From an uncultured archaeon (GTDB lineage: Archaea > Aenigmatarchaeota > Aenigmatarchaeia > QMZP01): DNA of 64,000 nucleotides. The first letter of the stretch is position 1, and every line of letters begins with the position of its first letter. A model generated the notes under the pieces. That model ran no database searches. It was not told where the DNA came from and saw only the letters and a program-made list of their open reading frames with translations. This document shows, piece after piece, positions 1-10,167 of the stretch. The DNA is taken from positions 14,659 through 78,658 of the forward strand of contig CAZKUD010000003.1 of assembly GCA_964555875.1 (NCBI GenBank), read 5' to 3'. A program made the position numbers and the translations under genes.

Positions 1-2
1 TC

Positions 3-719
3 ATATTGTCCGGTCACCTCAGGCTGAGATATTTCGTTTCACTGGTACCTTTCATGGGAATAACGGCTTCTGTGGCGCTTCTGGAATTGAGGAAAAAGGA
101 AAGGCTCAGGGCGGCGGCAACTGCCCTGTTCACCATCATGCTCGCTTACACTTTCATTAACGCGGTATACATGGCACAGCTGGAGGAAACTACCCTCTGG
201 GGGGCAGAGGAGCTTAGGTCTTATGTTGATTCCATAGAGGGCGATGTGACGGTGGCGACGGCATATCTGCCGTATTACCTGGAGGCGACTTCCAGCAAAG
301 ACATCAGGGACGTGGTCGTGTATTATGATTTCGGGGACATGAAACTGGAATTCAGGGAGCTTTACGATATACTTGGGGATATGTCCCACCCAGACCATGG
401 TTCAATCTTCAGGCGGTATTCCAACGGGGATTTCGAGAGTTACAGGAATTTCGACCATGGCTGGTTCAAGGAAAACGGCGTGGACTATGTCATATTATCA
501 GCCTACAAGGATTATGAGAGGTCTGGAAGGACCGATTATTTCAGTCCTCCTGTGTTCCTGGGGCTGTTCAAGAGGGCCTACACCAACGGGAGGATTCCCC
601 CGGATTTTGAGTTCGAGTCAGATGTTTACAAATCAATAGACGGGGACCCCAGGTTCGAAAGGGAAGGGGACGTAAGAAAGGGCAGCCAGACCGTATTCAT
701 TTCATATAGAGTTCTTTGA
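3..719 (+). CDS. 3' portion of a gene entering from upstream of the window; function unclear, possibly the extracytoplasmic tail of a membrane glycosyltransferase-like protein
   Basis: Frame is open to the window edge; the listed start at 6 is a non-ATG codon. One TM-like segment is followed by a Tyr/Asp-rich soluble tail resembling the C-terminal tails of the GT-C-like ORFs at 2715-4295 and 25809-27557. Confidence 0.35.
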   Translation: MLSGHLRLRYFVSLVPFMGITASVALLELRKKERLRAAATALFTIMLAYTFINAVYMAQLEETTLWGAEELRSYVDSIEGDVTVATAYLPYYLEATSSKDIRDVVVYYDFGDMKLEFRELYDILGDMSHPDHGSIFRRYSNGDFESYRNFDHGWFKENGVDYVILSAYKDYERSGRTDYFSPPVFLGLFKRAYTNGRIPPDFEFESDVYKSIDGDPRFEREGDVRKGSQTVFISYRVL

Positions 720-1650
720 CGCCCTTGAACCAATCCACATGTTTTCTGACGCCTTCCTCTATGGAGTATTCCGGGGCGTATCCCAGGATTTCCTTGGCCC
801 TTGTTATGTCGGCACCGGTGTGGGACACGTCTCCCTGCTGGCTCTCTATGTGCCTGATGTCGGGCTCCTTTCCTATGACCTCACCCAGAACCTTGACGAG
901 GTCATTGACGCTTATCCTGTTTCCGCTAGCTATGTTGAATGTGCCATTGCCTTTCCTCATTGCAAGCATGTTGGCCTTCACGACGTCCAGCACGCATGTG
1001 AAGTCCCGTGTCTGCTTGCCGTCGCCATATATCTCTATGGTTTCGCCCCTGAATATCTTGTTTATGAACTTCTGTATGGCCTCGTCTGGCCTCTGCCTGG
1101 GCCCGTAGACAGTGAAATACCTGAGCATGACAGTCTTCATGCCGTATGATTCAGAGAACATGCTGCACCAGTTTTCGGCGTTAAGTTTGGAGAGGGCATA
1201 AGGTGATATGGGGCTTGGCGGGCGCCTCTCGCTGACCGGAAGGTCCCCTTCATTGACTTCGCCATAGACGGAAGAGGATGACGCCAAAACTAATTTTTCG
1301 GCGTCCCTGAAAGTATCGAGGAGCTTGACTGTGCCCAACACATTGACATTGCAGTATTTCTGGGGGTTCTTCATGGATGCCCTGACGCCTGCCATGGCTG
1401 CCTGGTGGCTGACAATCTCTATGCCTTTGGCCCTTATCTTCTGCAGGGCGGAGTCGTCCAGTATGGAGCCTAATATGAAATCGAAATTCCTGGACTTCTT
1501 CAGGATTTCGAGGTTGGCCTTCTTTATCTCAACAGAATAGTAGGGGTCAAGGTTATCTATTCCCGTGACGCTGTGGCCCTCTTTTAGCAGAGCCTCGGCT
1601 ATGTTTGACCCTATGAACCCGGCACACCCCGTAACTAAAATATTTGCCAT
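697..1650 (-). CDS. NAD-dependent nucleotide-sugar epimerase/dehydratase (extended SDR, UDP-sugar 4-epimerase type)
   Basis: N-terminal Rossmann motif ILVTGCAGFIGSN and the YxxxK-type SPYALSK motif. ATG at 1650 (MANILVTG) is preferred over the TTG at 1656. TATA-like TTATTTAAATATAT lies about 30 nt upstream. Confidence 0.8.
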   Translation of the reverse strand: MANILVTGCAGFIGSNIAEALLKEGHSVTGIDNLDPYYSVEIKKANLEILKKSRNFDFILGSILDDSALQKIRAKGIEIVSHQAAMAGVRASMKNPQKYCNVNVLGTVKLLDTFRDAEKLVLASSSSVYGEVNEGDLPVSERRPPSPISPYALSKLNAENWCSMFSESYGMKTVMLRYFTVYGPRQRPDEAIQKFINKIFRGETIEIYGDGKQTRDFTCVLDVVKANMLAMRKGNGTFNIASGNRISVNDLVKVLGEVIGKEPDIRHIESQQGDVSHTGADITRAKEILGYAPEYSIEEGVRKHVDWFKGVKELYMK

Positions 1651-1717
1651 ATTCAATCATTAGCATGGTTGTGATATATTTAAATAATTGCCCAATTCGC
1701 TACCATTTTACTTGGTG

Positions 1718-2671
1718 TTATGTCCTGAGCCGTACGGGATCCTTAAGCCAAAAGAAGAGTCCCATGGCCGCATTTATCCAATATCCTAATACAAGGTATA
1801 CAATCGAGAGGGCTATGGCCAGCTCAGGGGAAACCCCAATCAGGCCCAGGGAGAAAACGAGGAAGGCGTCCCGGGTGCCTATGCCGGATACTGATACCGG
1901 GATGAGCTCTATTATCACGACTATGCTCAGGACAGCCAGCATGTAAAGGTAATCTATTTGTATCCCGAGGGCAAGGGCGAATATCTGGACCTCAAGTATC
2001 TGGATGAGCCAGATGCCCACACTGAATATGGAAACCGCAGCCAAACTGCCCCTCCTTTTCCTGATATCCCCCATGGAGCCGTAGAATTCGTGGAAGCTTG
2101 CCCTCATCCTGTCCTCGTGGCGGGCGGGCACGAAAACCCTGAATATTGGTCTGAGGGCCCTCCTCATGAAACTTTTCCTGAACATGAGACCCAGAAGCGC
2201 GAAGCCTATGACGACAAAAGTTATTACCACATAAAGCAGAGCAGACTCTCCAAACCAGGCCGAGAATAGAACTATACCGAAGGAGGCGAACACCAGGGCC
2301 ACTGCAAGCTCTATGGCCCTGTCAATAACCACGGTGGATATGCATCTTCCAAGGCCTTTGCAGTGTTTGTTAAGGTACAGGGCCCTTATCAGGTCCCCTG
2401 CCCTTCCCGGGGTGATTATACCTGTAAGTGCGCCTATGAGCCACACCCTCACGCTCTGGCTGAAGCGGTAGTCGCATCCGTGCATCCCTATGACCATCTT
2501 CCATTTGAAGCCTTTCAAGACAGTTACCAAGGCCACCATCCCTATGCTCAGCAAAAGGTAGTAAAGGTCCACGTCGGATAGAACCTGGACTATTTTCAGC
2601 GGCCCTGCCCTGGCTATTATGAACACGAACAGGGCCAACCCTATCACGGGCAGTATCTTTGACAGCCTCAT
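1718..2671 (-). CDS. UPF0104 / lysylphosphatidylglycerol-synthase TM-region family membrane protein (flippase-like)
   Basis: About 8 predicted TM segments; the N-terminus and the PGRAGD-type loop (ITPGRAGDLIR) are typical of this family. Paralog at 12087-13019 has ITPGKIGTFSR. Confidence 0.6.
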   Translation of the reverse strand: MRLSKILPVIGLALFVFIIARAGPLKIVQVLSDVDLYYLLLSIGMVALVTVLKGFKWKMVIGMHGCDYRFSQSVRVWLIGALTGIITPGRAGDLIRALYLNKHCKGLGRCISTVVIDRAIELAVALVFASFGIVLFSAWFGESALLYVVITFVVIGFALLGLMFRKSFMRRALRPIFRVFVPARHEDRMRASFHEFYGSMGDIRKRRGSLAAVSIFSVGIWLIQILEVQIFALALGIQIDYLYMLAVLSIVVIIELIPVSVSGIGTRDAFLVFSLGLIGVSPELAIALSIVYLVLGYWINAAMGLFFWLKDPVRLRT

Positions 2672-2714
2672 GCGGTCACCTAATTATTTATGTAACAGAG
2701 CTGATATATAATCC

Positions 2715-4295
2715 ATGAAAATGGTCCTCCCCGGGAAAACGCTGTCCTTGGTGCTGGTTACAATACTAATTATCAGCGCCACGGGAATTTGGTGGGGGCT
2801 GCCGAACCATGTTTCTTGGTCATCTGATGATTTGGGAGGGCCCCTGACTCTGGGGCACATCTATCACGTGTTTTCCAACGGCTACAGGAATCCCCCGTTC
2901 CATTTCTTCGTGAATGCCGTATTTTATGCGCCTTACTTGGGATTCCTTTATCTTACTGGCGGCATCCAGTCCCCTGCAGCGTCATTCCCATACGGCTTCT
3001 TGGACCCGGTTGCATCGATGACTGTCCTTCACATGATAACAAGGGCGATAAACCTGGGGATGGCTGTTGGCATTGCATTTTTTGTGTATCTTATATCCAA
3101 GGAGATGTTCAATGAGAGGAAGGCCGCCCTCCTCTCGGCCCTGATGTTGGGGCTCAGCCCCCTGTTTGTTGTGCTGTCCAAAATAGGGAGGCTTGACGTT
3201 CCCATGGTATTCCATACCACCATCTCCCTGTACCTCCTCATAAGAGTGATAAAGGGAGGCAGGAAATGGGATTACGTCCTCTTCGGGCTGTCCATGGCGC
3301 TTGCCCTGGCGACAAAGCTGCAGTCCGTGTCATTTTACGTCATCATTGTTCCTGTTCTGCTTTATTTCCATTTCGGGGAGGGGAGAGGAAGCTACATAAG
3401 CAGGCTGCTGGACAGGAGGCTCCTCCTGATGATAATTGTATTCCTGGCCGCTTCCTTTTTGGCCCACAACCTAATTGATGTGGAAGAGAATATCTTCAGG
3501 CTCAATTATTGGCTGGGGGGGCATGGGGTGTCCAATTGGGCGGAGTTTTCCAACACACTTGAAGGGCATTCAATGCTTTTCATTAAGACCTCGGAAACCC
3601 TTGCGGCATCCATCGGCATATCGTCCCTCTTGGCCGCAATCAGCGGGGCGCTCTGCATGCTGCTGGGCAGGGTGGTGCCGAGGTCGGACGGCCGCTCCCG
3701 GCGTTTCATGCTCCTGCTCCTGGCCATAATAGTGTCACAGTATCTTTTCGTGATTGCTCCGGTAAGGTTCATTCTGCCGAGATATCTCCTGCAGATGATT
3801 GTCCCGCTTGCCGTTTTTGGGGGGTGGTTCCTTTCTTCGTTGTGGCAGGGCGGGAGAACCAAGAAGGCTGCAGTCATAATCATACTGACCCTGTCTCTGT
3901 CCCAGGCGCTTGCGATGGACCACATCATGCTGAACGATTCCAGATACCATGCTGAACAGTGGATGCTGTCCAACGTGGACAAGCATGACCAGATAGAGCT
4001 TTATGTGGGCCTGGAGGGGATGCCACGGCTAGACATCATGGGCTACACCAACATAAACAGGATGGACATGGACATGGAAACCCTGGACACGCTGCAGGAA
4101 AGGGGTCCAGACTACGTGCTTATGAGGCCGCTGACCTACAGGACGCCTGGCCAAGAAGAGGTTTTCTATAATTCAATCGTTGGTGGGGAACTGGGATACT
4201 TGGTAGAGAAGAGATTCAAGAGCCCCTCATTCCTGTTTCCGGATGTATACCCTGATTATGTGAACCCTGAAATAATCATCCTCAAGAAGGCCTGA
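2715..4295 (+). CDS. GT-C fold membrane glycosyltransferase (ArnT/PMT, GT39/GT83-like)
   Basis: 526 aa with a multi-TM N-terminal two thirds, a soluble C-terminal domain and a glycosylation-island context. The family call is by architecture only. Confidence 0.55.
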   Translation: MKMVLPGKTLSLVLVTILIISATGIWWGLPNHVSWSSDDLGGPLTLGHIYHVFSNGYRNPPFHFFVNAVFYAPYLGFLYLTGGIQSPAASFPYGFLDPVASMTVLHMITRAINLGMAVGIAFFVYLISKEMFNERKAALLSALMLGLSPLFVVLSKIGRLDVPMVFHTTISLYLLIRVIKGGRKWDYVLFGLSMALALATKLQSVSFYVIIVPVLLYFHFGEGRGSYISRLLDRRLLLMIIVFLAASFLAHNLIDVEENIFRLNYWLGGHGVSNWAEFSNTLEGHSMLFIKTSETLAASIGISSLLAAISGALCMLLGRVVPRSDGRSRRFMLLLLAIIVSQYLFVIAPVRFILPRYLLQMIVPLAVFGGWFLSSLWQGGRTKKAAVIIILTLSLSQALAMDHIMLNDSRYHAEQWMLSNVDKHDQIELYVGLEGMPRLDIMGYTNINRMDMDMETLDTLQERGPDYVLMRPLTYRTPGQEEVFYNSIVGGELGYLVEKRFKSPSFLFPDVYPDYVNPEIIILKKA

Positions 4296-4297
4296 AA

Positions 4298-5359
4298 TCA
4301 CAGCATTTTGTAGCAGGACTCCAGCATATCTATAACGTTCTTCCAGGAATATTTCCTGGCTGCCTTCAGGCAGTTCCTGGACATTTTTTTCCTCAGCTTC
4401 TCGTCCTTCAGCAGCCTTCCGAGCCTGTCAGCCAGTTCGTCAGGATTCTTGTCCCTTACCAGGAATCCAGTCTTTCCCTCTTCTATTATCTCAGGCACGC
4501 CCGCTATCCTGGTGGCCACCACAGGGAGGCCCACTGACATTGCTTCAAGTATCACGTTTGGGAAGCCTTCTCCCTTGCCTGACACAGAAGAGGAGACGAA
4601 GATGTTGCCCCTGGCCAGGTGTTTTTTTACGTCCTCTGGTCGCACCTTACCAACGAACTCCACGTCCATGCCCTTGGCCATCTCCTTCGCTTCTGGCATC
4701 TCCGGGCCGTCTCCCACCATTATGAGTTTAGCTCCCTTCAGTTTTTTCATTGCCTCCATCAGGTAGGGAATGCCCTTCCTGCTTATGAAATTGCCCACAA
4801 AGACTATGCCTTTTCCGCTGGAAATCCTGTTGCCAGGATCTATGCCGTTGGGTATGGCCCTCACATTCTTGTCAGGGAAGTCCTCCAGGACCTGTTTCCT
4901 GACAATTTCAGTCTGTGTCAGCACCAAATCAGCGTTTCTTATGGCAAAGTTTCCCAGCCATCTGCTCAGCCCGCTCTTCCTAAGGGAGTCAGTGTAGCTG
5001 CTTCTCAACCAGACTATTGTCTTCATGCCCGTTTTCCTTTTGGCCAGTGCGCCCACCACGCCGTTGGGCCTCAGCATCATGCACTGCAGCACATCCGGAT
5101 TCCCCGCTTTCCTTATCTCCTTCAGGGAGTTTCTGATGTGAGATAAGAGCCTCAGAACAGGGAAATTGATGACTTCAAATCTCCGTATCTCGAACCCGTC
5201 CATCTTTTCGTTTCTCTTGGCGCCTGGAGCCATTCTGGTGATTACCGTGACCTTGTGGCCCCTCTTTGCCAGCTGTCTGGCAATGCTGTAGCTCTGCGTT
5301 TCTGCGCCGCCCACGTAATGAGGCAAAAAGCCTGAAACCAGTATGGTTATTTTCATCAT
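4298..5359 (-). CDS. Glycosyltransferase family 4 (GT-B)
   Basis: N-terminus KITILVSGFLPHYVGGAETQ and C-terminal EGFPNVILEAMSVGLPVVAT (the E-x7-E region). The start ATG at 5359 forms an ATGA overlap with the upstream stop. Confidence 0.8.
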   Translation of the reverse strand: MMKITILVSGFLPHYVGGAETQSYSIARQLAKRGHKVTVITRMAPGAKRNEKMDGFEIRRFEVINFPVLRLLSHIRNSLKEIRKAGNPDVLQCMMLRPNGVVGALAKRKTGMKTIVWLRSSYTDSLRKSGLSRWLGNFAIRNADLVLTQTEIVRKQVLEDFPDKNVRAIPNGIDPGNRISSGKGIVFVGNFISRKGIPYLMEAMKKLKGAKLIMVGDGPEMPEAKEMAKGMDVEFVGKVRPEDVKKHLARGNIFVSSSVSGKGEGFPNVILEAMSVGLPVVATRIAGVPEIIEEGKTGFLVRDKNPDELADRLGRLLKDEKLRKKMSRNCLKAARKYSWKNVIDMLESCYKML

Positions 5360-6597
5360 TTCACCCTCTTGCACACCAGTATGTTCACCCTGCAAAGGGA
5401 TTTCAGGACAGCCGGCACGAGCATGCTCTCCATGGGGGGCATGAGGTTTATGCCATATCTCTTCTCTACCTTGAGGGCTGGCTCCAGCATCCGTTTCACC
5501 CTCCCGTAGCTCATCGGCCTGACGGGCCCCTCGTTGCTGGTTACTTCGTCCCTTCCCCTGGCCCCGGTCTTTATGGAATAGTTTATCCCGTATATGCTCC
5601 TGGAGTTCCAGAAAGATAATATCAAGGTTCCCCCTACCTTAAGTACCCTCACCATCTCGCCCATGAGCCTTTCCGGATCCGGGACTGTTTCCAGCTTGTT
5701 TATGCAGGTGACGCAGTCAAATGCCCTGTCCCCGTAGGGTATCCTGTATATCCCCCCTTTTTTCAGCACCAGTTCCTTTCCTATGCCTGATGCCTTCTTC
5801 CTTCTCCTTATGAAATCCAGCATCTCCTCGGATACCTCATACGCATGGAACCTGCTGTCGGAGTTCTTCATCATCTCCATCAGGTGGGCCCCGGCAAAGG
5901 GGAGGACGTCCAAAGTATTTCCCTCCTTGGGTATGAAGGAAGATACCTTTTTCATCGCCGCCAGGAATTCTTTCCTCTGTCCCGGGATGAATGCCTCGGG
6001 CGTCGGAGAAGTTGCCCTTATCCCCCTTGACCTGTAATCGGAAAGCGTATCCTCGTCCCATTCTTCCGGGAATACCCTGGCTTTTTTTCCTCCGGAAAAG
6101 GAATCGGCATGCATTATATCTTTCATGTCCCGCCTTTTCGGGGCAGGGGGGACAGCTGCCGGGTATCCAATAAAGACTGCAGCGACCACAAGTAAGCTGT
6201 CGGGTATGCCCAATATATCCCTCACCCGTTCCCTGTTGCCGCAATCGGCAACCCATACTGCCCCCAAACCAATGTCATGTGCTGCAAGGAGCATGTTCTG
6301 TATGGCAGCGGACGCGCTCTGCACGTTAGCCTGGAACTCGCTGTTCACGTCCTTCCTGTAAAGGACGTATATGGCAACTGGGGCGTTCTTGATGAATGCG
6401 GAGGCCTTTGCACTGTCGGCAAGCTTCCTTTTCACGTCTTCCTTTCTTACCACCACAAACTCCCACATCTGCTTGTTGCAAGCGGAAGGTGCCCACTGCG
6501 CAGCGTCTATTATGTCCCTTACCTTTTTATCCTCGACTTCCTTTTCCAGGAATCTCCTGACACTTCTTCTCTCCCGTATGGCTTTTCTTACTTCCAT
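5356..6597 (-). CDS. Fusion protein: N-terminal nitroreductase-like flavoprotein domain plus C-terminal class I methyltransferase-like domain
   Basis: N-terminus RRSVRRFLEKEV...APSACNKQMWEFVVV is a nitroreductase signature. The C-terminal region resembles Methyltransf_11 (RAFDCVTCINKLETVPDPERLMGEMVRVLKVGGTLILSF), but its glycine-rich SAM loop is degenerate (LDVLPFAGAH). Confidence 0.7.
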   Translation of the reverse strand: MEVRKAIRERRSVRRFLEKEVEDKKVRDIIDAAQWAPSACNKQMWEFVVVRKEDVKRKLADSAKASAFIKNAPVAIYVLYRKDVNSEFQANVQSASAAIQNMLLAAHDIGLGAVWVADCGNRERVRDILGIPDSLLVVAAVFIGYPAAVPPAPKRRDMKDIMHADSFSGGKKARVFPEEWDEDTLSDYRSRGIRATSPTPEAFIPGQRKEFLAAMKKVSSFIPKEGNTLDVLPFAGAHLMEMMKNSDSRFHAYEVSEEMLDFIRRRKKASGIGKELVLKKGGIYRIPYGDRAFDCVTCINKLETVPDPERLMGEMVRVLKVGGTLILSFWNSRSIYGINYSIKTGARGRDEVTSNEGPVRPMSYGRVKRMLEPALKVEKRYGINLMPPMESMLVPAVLKSLCRVNILVCKRVK

Positions 6598-7949
6598 TAC
6601 CTGTCCCTCATCAAAAGCTTTAGAGTCATTTTATCGATTTTTTCCTTTCCTTTTAAAGCAGTGTATGCTGACATGATGCCCTTCAGGGCGCCTCCCAGGA
6701 ACTTTATCCTGTTCTCCTTTATTATAGGGTTTCCTGTGTCAGAATCAACCGTATTGAACATGGTATCGCCCGTAATGAAGCCTCCCATGGCCTCCATGCC
6801 CGAGCCTATGGGATCAGTGTATTTCCTCCTATTTGTCAGCATTCTGAGCCTTGACATCACCACTATTATGTCGGCATGTGAATCGATGTCACAGTGGTTT
6901 CTTTTTCTGCCCATCCTTGGAAAGAAGCCCATCGGGGACTGTGTCCCCATCCATTTCTCTGCCCAATGCTCGGCCGCTTCCAGGAATGCCCTGTCCTTGA
7001 ATGCTTCATATGCGTCCAGCATGGCACCCGTGGCCATGTGATTCTCTATCACAGTGGATTCCCTGTCACATATTGTGCCCTTTCTGAGGTCGAACCCCCT
7101 CATGTACGTCCCGTCGTCCTTCCTATATCTGCCTATTCCCCCAAGGCTCTTGAGTGCCATCGACTTAATCTCGCTGCTCTTTGAAACTTCATACAGTCTT
7201 ATCAGGCCGTACAGCATATTCGTGTTCATCTTTGATATTGTGGCCGTGCCTCCTTCCCTGTTAAAGATGGGCAGTATCTTGTCGGGGAAGAGCGAATGTT
7301 TTCTGAAAGATTTCGTCGAACACCATCCCCTGGCAATTCTCATGGCCCCGTCCAGATGTTTCTCTTCCCTGGAGATGTCATAAAGGTTGGCAAGCTCCTC
7401 CATCAGTATGCCCGAAACCTGTGGCCTGAAGAACATGAATCCCCTCTTTGGCCAGGGAACATGCAATGCTGGAATCGCGGCGGAGTGCACAAACCCCCTG
7501 CCCGTTATGAAGCCCAGTATTCCGTCGCAAAGGCTTCCGTTCTCTTCAAGGAACCCCTTCTTCCCTGTCATCCTGTGTATCATGTTCACGCCCAGCACAG
7601 CATCCATGTGGCCTTGTGGATAAGCCGGAAAAAGGCGGCTCTGGCTGACGCGTCTGCTGCCGTCGGAAAGGGGGTAGTAGAGCCCGCACGGCTGCTTCAG
7701 CCTTTCCTTTATCAGACCCAGCTGATGGGCAGACCATTCGGTGTTTTTCCTGCCCCCTGACGCCATGTCATGCCAAACCATAAAAGGGGCAAAATCCCCG
7801 AAGTCGTCCGGCTCGCATATGTTGTCCGCCCAGACGTCCCTTACAGGGTCGTGGAAACCCGTCCTGAAAAGGCCCCATGGGTTGGGGGATTCATTCCTGA
7901 TGAACCTGCACAGCCTGTCCGCAATGTTGAGCATGTCATTGGGATTCAT
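6597..7949 (-). CDS. Hypothetical protein, about 450 aa, no recognisable family (possibly an alpha-helical toroid-type carbohydrate-active fold)
   Basis: Long ORF translationally coupled on both sides (ATGA at 7946-7949, TAATG at 6595-6599). No TM segments or catalytic motifs recognised. ATG at 7949 is preferred over 7964. Confidence 0.5.
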   Translation of the reverse strand: MNPNDMLNIADRLCRFIRNESPNPWGLFRTGFHDPVRDVWADNICEPDDFGDFAPFMVWHDMASGGRKNTEWSAHQLGLIKERLKQPCGLYYPLSDGSRRVSQSRLFPAYPQGHMDAVLGVNMIHRMTGKKGFLEENGSLCDGILGFITGRGFVHSAAIPALHVPWPKRGFMFFRPQVSGILMEELANLYDISREEKHLDGAMRIARGWCSTKSFRKHSLFPDKILPIFNREGGTATISKMNTNMLYGLIRLYEVSKSSEIKSMALKSLGGIGRYRKDDGTYMRGFDLRKGTICDRESTVIENHMATGAMLDAYEAFKDRAFLEAAEHWAEKWMGTQSPMGFFPRMGRKRNHCDIDSHADIIVVMSRLRMLTNRRKYTDPIGSGMEAMGGFITGDTMFNTVDSDTGNPIIKENRIKFLGGALKGIMSAYTALKGKEKIDKMTLKLLMRDR

Positions 7950-9238
7950 GCAAGAGCCTCCCATATCTTATGCCTTATGTACACGCTCCCAGCAAGGAAT
8001 GACGCCAAGGTAGACATTATTGCGCCATATATGCCGAACTGTGGTATCAGAATGTAGGCCATCACCATGCCCGCTGTTGCGGCTATGGCCGTGGCATAAC
8101 CTGTGTTTTTTACCCCACTGATGCCCATTGACGATGAGAACCAGGTATGTGCGAAGAAATTTATGTCCACTATGGCCACGAGGGAGAACAGGAGGATGAG
8201 AGGCAAAGATATGGCGTATTCTCTTCCGTAAAGGAACAGTATGATGAAGGCCAGCGACAGGACCGCCACAAAAACCAGAGGGTATAGCTTGAACATCCTG
8301 TTCATCTTCCTGAATATCATCTTCTTGTCCTTCTCCCTTGATGCGGCCGGGAAAAAGACTATTATGAAAGTCGTTATGAAGAAGCTTGCCACGTTAAGGG
8401 TGGAGAATGAATATGCCTGGTAAAGCCCGACTTCGCTGAAAGTGAGGAACACGTTTATGAGAATCTTGTTTATGTTGGTGTTTATGGTATAGGCCACTGT
8501 GCTGAGTATGACTATGGACCCGTACTTCAGCAGAGTCTTGCCCCATTTCCGGTCTATCTTGGGCCTGAAATACCTCCTAAGCTCGGGCAAGGCAAACGAG
8601 GATGCCAAGGCATATCCAACGGCCATTGCGGCTATGGGGACGAACGCGGTGTTGGAGAATACAAAAAGAACCAATGCGGTTCCCAAGAATAGCACGTTCA
8701 TGACTATGTTCGCCAGGCTTATCTTCTTCATCTTGTTCATGCCGCGCCATACCCTCTCGCTCATGGTCCACATGGAAAGCAGTATCGCAAGCAGGATGGC
8801 ACCGAAGACGCAGTTCTGAGTGACGTTGGAAAATGCCGCTATATGACTGGAGAACAAAGTGAGTAATAGCGTGGATGCCAGGGCCAGGAGAAGCACCATG
8901 CTGATTGAGGTCGATATTATCTTTTTCTTCTCATCATCGCTCCTGTCCTCGGCCAGGTATTTCACAAGGGCAACGGCCAGCCCCAACACCATAGGTATCC
9001 AGAAGAAGTTTGAAAGCGAAACTACCATCGTGAATTTCCCGTATTCCCCGGGACCCAGCACCCGCCCCGTATATATCTGGAAGAGCACGCTGAAGACCTT
9101 TGATATGGCTATTCCGAAGAACACGAGACTGAGGTTTCTCATGAACCCCATCGCCCCCTTTCCCGGAACCTCCCCAAAGACCTTGGGGTAAAAATACATT
9201 ATGACCTTCCTTGTGAAACTTTCTATGAACCTCTTCAT
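7946..9238 (-). CDS. Polysaccharide/oligosaccharide flippase (Wzx-like, MOP superfamily)
   Basis: 430 aa with about 12-14 TM segments and a typical N-terminal region (MRNLSLVFFGIAISKVFSVLFQIYTGRVLGPGEYG). The start at 9238 gives an ATGA overlap. The 5' extension to 9541 is low-complexity and overlaps the GT2 gene. Confidence 0.7.
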   Translation of the reverse strand: MKRFIESFTRKVIMYFYPKVFGEVPGKGAMGFMRNLSLVFFGIAISKVFSVLFQIYTGRVLGPGEYGKFTMVVSLSNFFWIPMVLGLAVALVKYLAEDRSDDEKKKIISTSISMVLLLALASTLLLTLFSSHIAAFSNVTQNCVFGAILLAILLSMWTMSERVWRGMNKMKKISLANIVMNVLFLGTALVLFVFSNTAFVPIAAMAVGYALASSFALPELRRYFRPKIDRKWGKTLLKYGSIVILSTVAYTINTNINKILINVFLTFSEVGLYQAYSFSTLNVASFFITTFIIVFFPAASREKDKKMIFRKMNRMFKLYPLVFVAVLSLAFIILFLYGREYAISLPLILLFSLVAIVDINFFAHTWFSSSMGISGVKNTGYATAIAATAGMVMAYILIPQFGIYGAIMSTLASFLAGSVYIRHKIWEALA

Positions 9239-10167
9239 TCTCTCCCCCTGAACATGCTTACAAGTATACCAAGCGACTGTGAAATCTGCTTGATGGTATG
9301 GATGAAAGGGAAAACCAGCATGGCCCTCGTCCTGCAGGCTTTGGTCCCTATGTAGAGGTAAACTAGGAAGAGGGACAGCAGTTGCAGCCCCGCCAGGGCC
9401 AGTAGCGGCAGCCAGAATACAGAGAGCAGGAGAAGTGCCAGGAACACCGGCATGTAGAGTATCCTGAGCCAGTATCCCCCTCCCCTCATCTCCCTGTGCT
9501 TGGAGCAGAGCAGCATGTAGTTCTTTCCATAGTTGTACCATTTTTTCAGCAGGCCCCTGATGCTTGTCGGATGGTAGTGCTTTACGGAGAGGGACCGGTC
9601 AAAAAGGAGCCTGTGCCCCCTCTTCCTTATCCTGAAATTGAACTCCGGATCCTCTCCTGCTGCCGCCCTGAATGTCTGGTCGAATTCCAATCCATTTATG
9701 GCGGACCTCCTGTAGACCACATCCATTGTCGCAAGGGAATCCACGAATTTCCTTTTTGTTGACATGTCTATGCCATACAGCAGGGAGTCCAGGGACTCTG
9801 ATACCATGCTCCTGTCAGTGCTTATGCCGGGCCCCCCCACTCCCGCGACCCTCCTGTCCCCAAGAAGTTTCAAGGCCTTGGCAGACCAATCCCTTGGCAG
9901 GACGACATCGGAGTCCACGAACGCGATGTAATCGAATCTGGCTGACCTGAGGCCCCTGTTCCTGGCCGATGCCGGCCCGCTGTTCTTCTGGGTGAACATC
10001 CTTATTCCTTTCATCTTTCTGAGTATGCTGGCCGTCCCGTCATTTGAGCCGTCGTCTACCACTATCACCTCTCCCGTGTTCCCCTGGGCCAGGACTGACT
10101 TCACGCAGTCCTTTATTGTATTCTCCGCATTGTATGCGGGAACAATGAACGATATCTTCCCTTTCAT
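9235..10167 (-). CDS. Glycosyltransferase family 2
   Basis: ISFIVPAYNAENTIKDCVKSVLAQ and VIVVDDGSNDGT, plus a DSD motif (AFVDSDVVL) and C-terminal TM segments. Confidence 0.8.
   Translation of the reverse strand: MKGKISFIVPAYNAENTIKDCVKSVLAQGNTGEVIVVDDGSNDGTASILRKMKGIRMFTQKNSGPASARNRGLRSARFDYIAFVDSDVVLPRDWSAKALKLLGDRRVAGVGGPGISTDRSMVSESLDSLLYGIDMSTKRKFVDSLATMDVVYRRSAINGLEFDQTFRAAAGEDPEFNFRIRKRGHRLLFDRSLSVKHYHPTSIRGLLKKWYNYGKNYMLLCSKHREMRGGGYWLRILYMPVFLALLLLSVFWLPLLALAGLQLLSLFLVYLYIGTKACRTRAMLVFPFIHTIKQISQSLGILVSMFRGRE

Noticed and set aside
9239-9541. N-terminal extension of the Wzx-like ORF; analogous extensions at 19678-19842, 22556-22708 and 48343-48519
   Set aside because: The extensions overlap the upstream genes and encode low-complexity peptides. 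They are superseded by internal ATG codons that form ATGA stop/start overlaps, or that sit just downstream of AT-rich promoter-like spacers.
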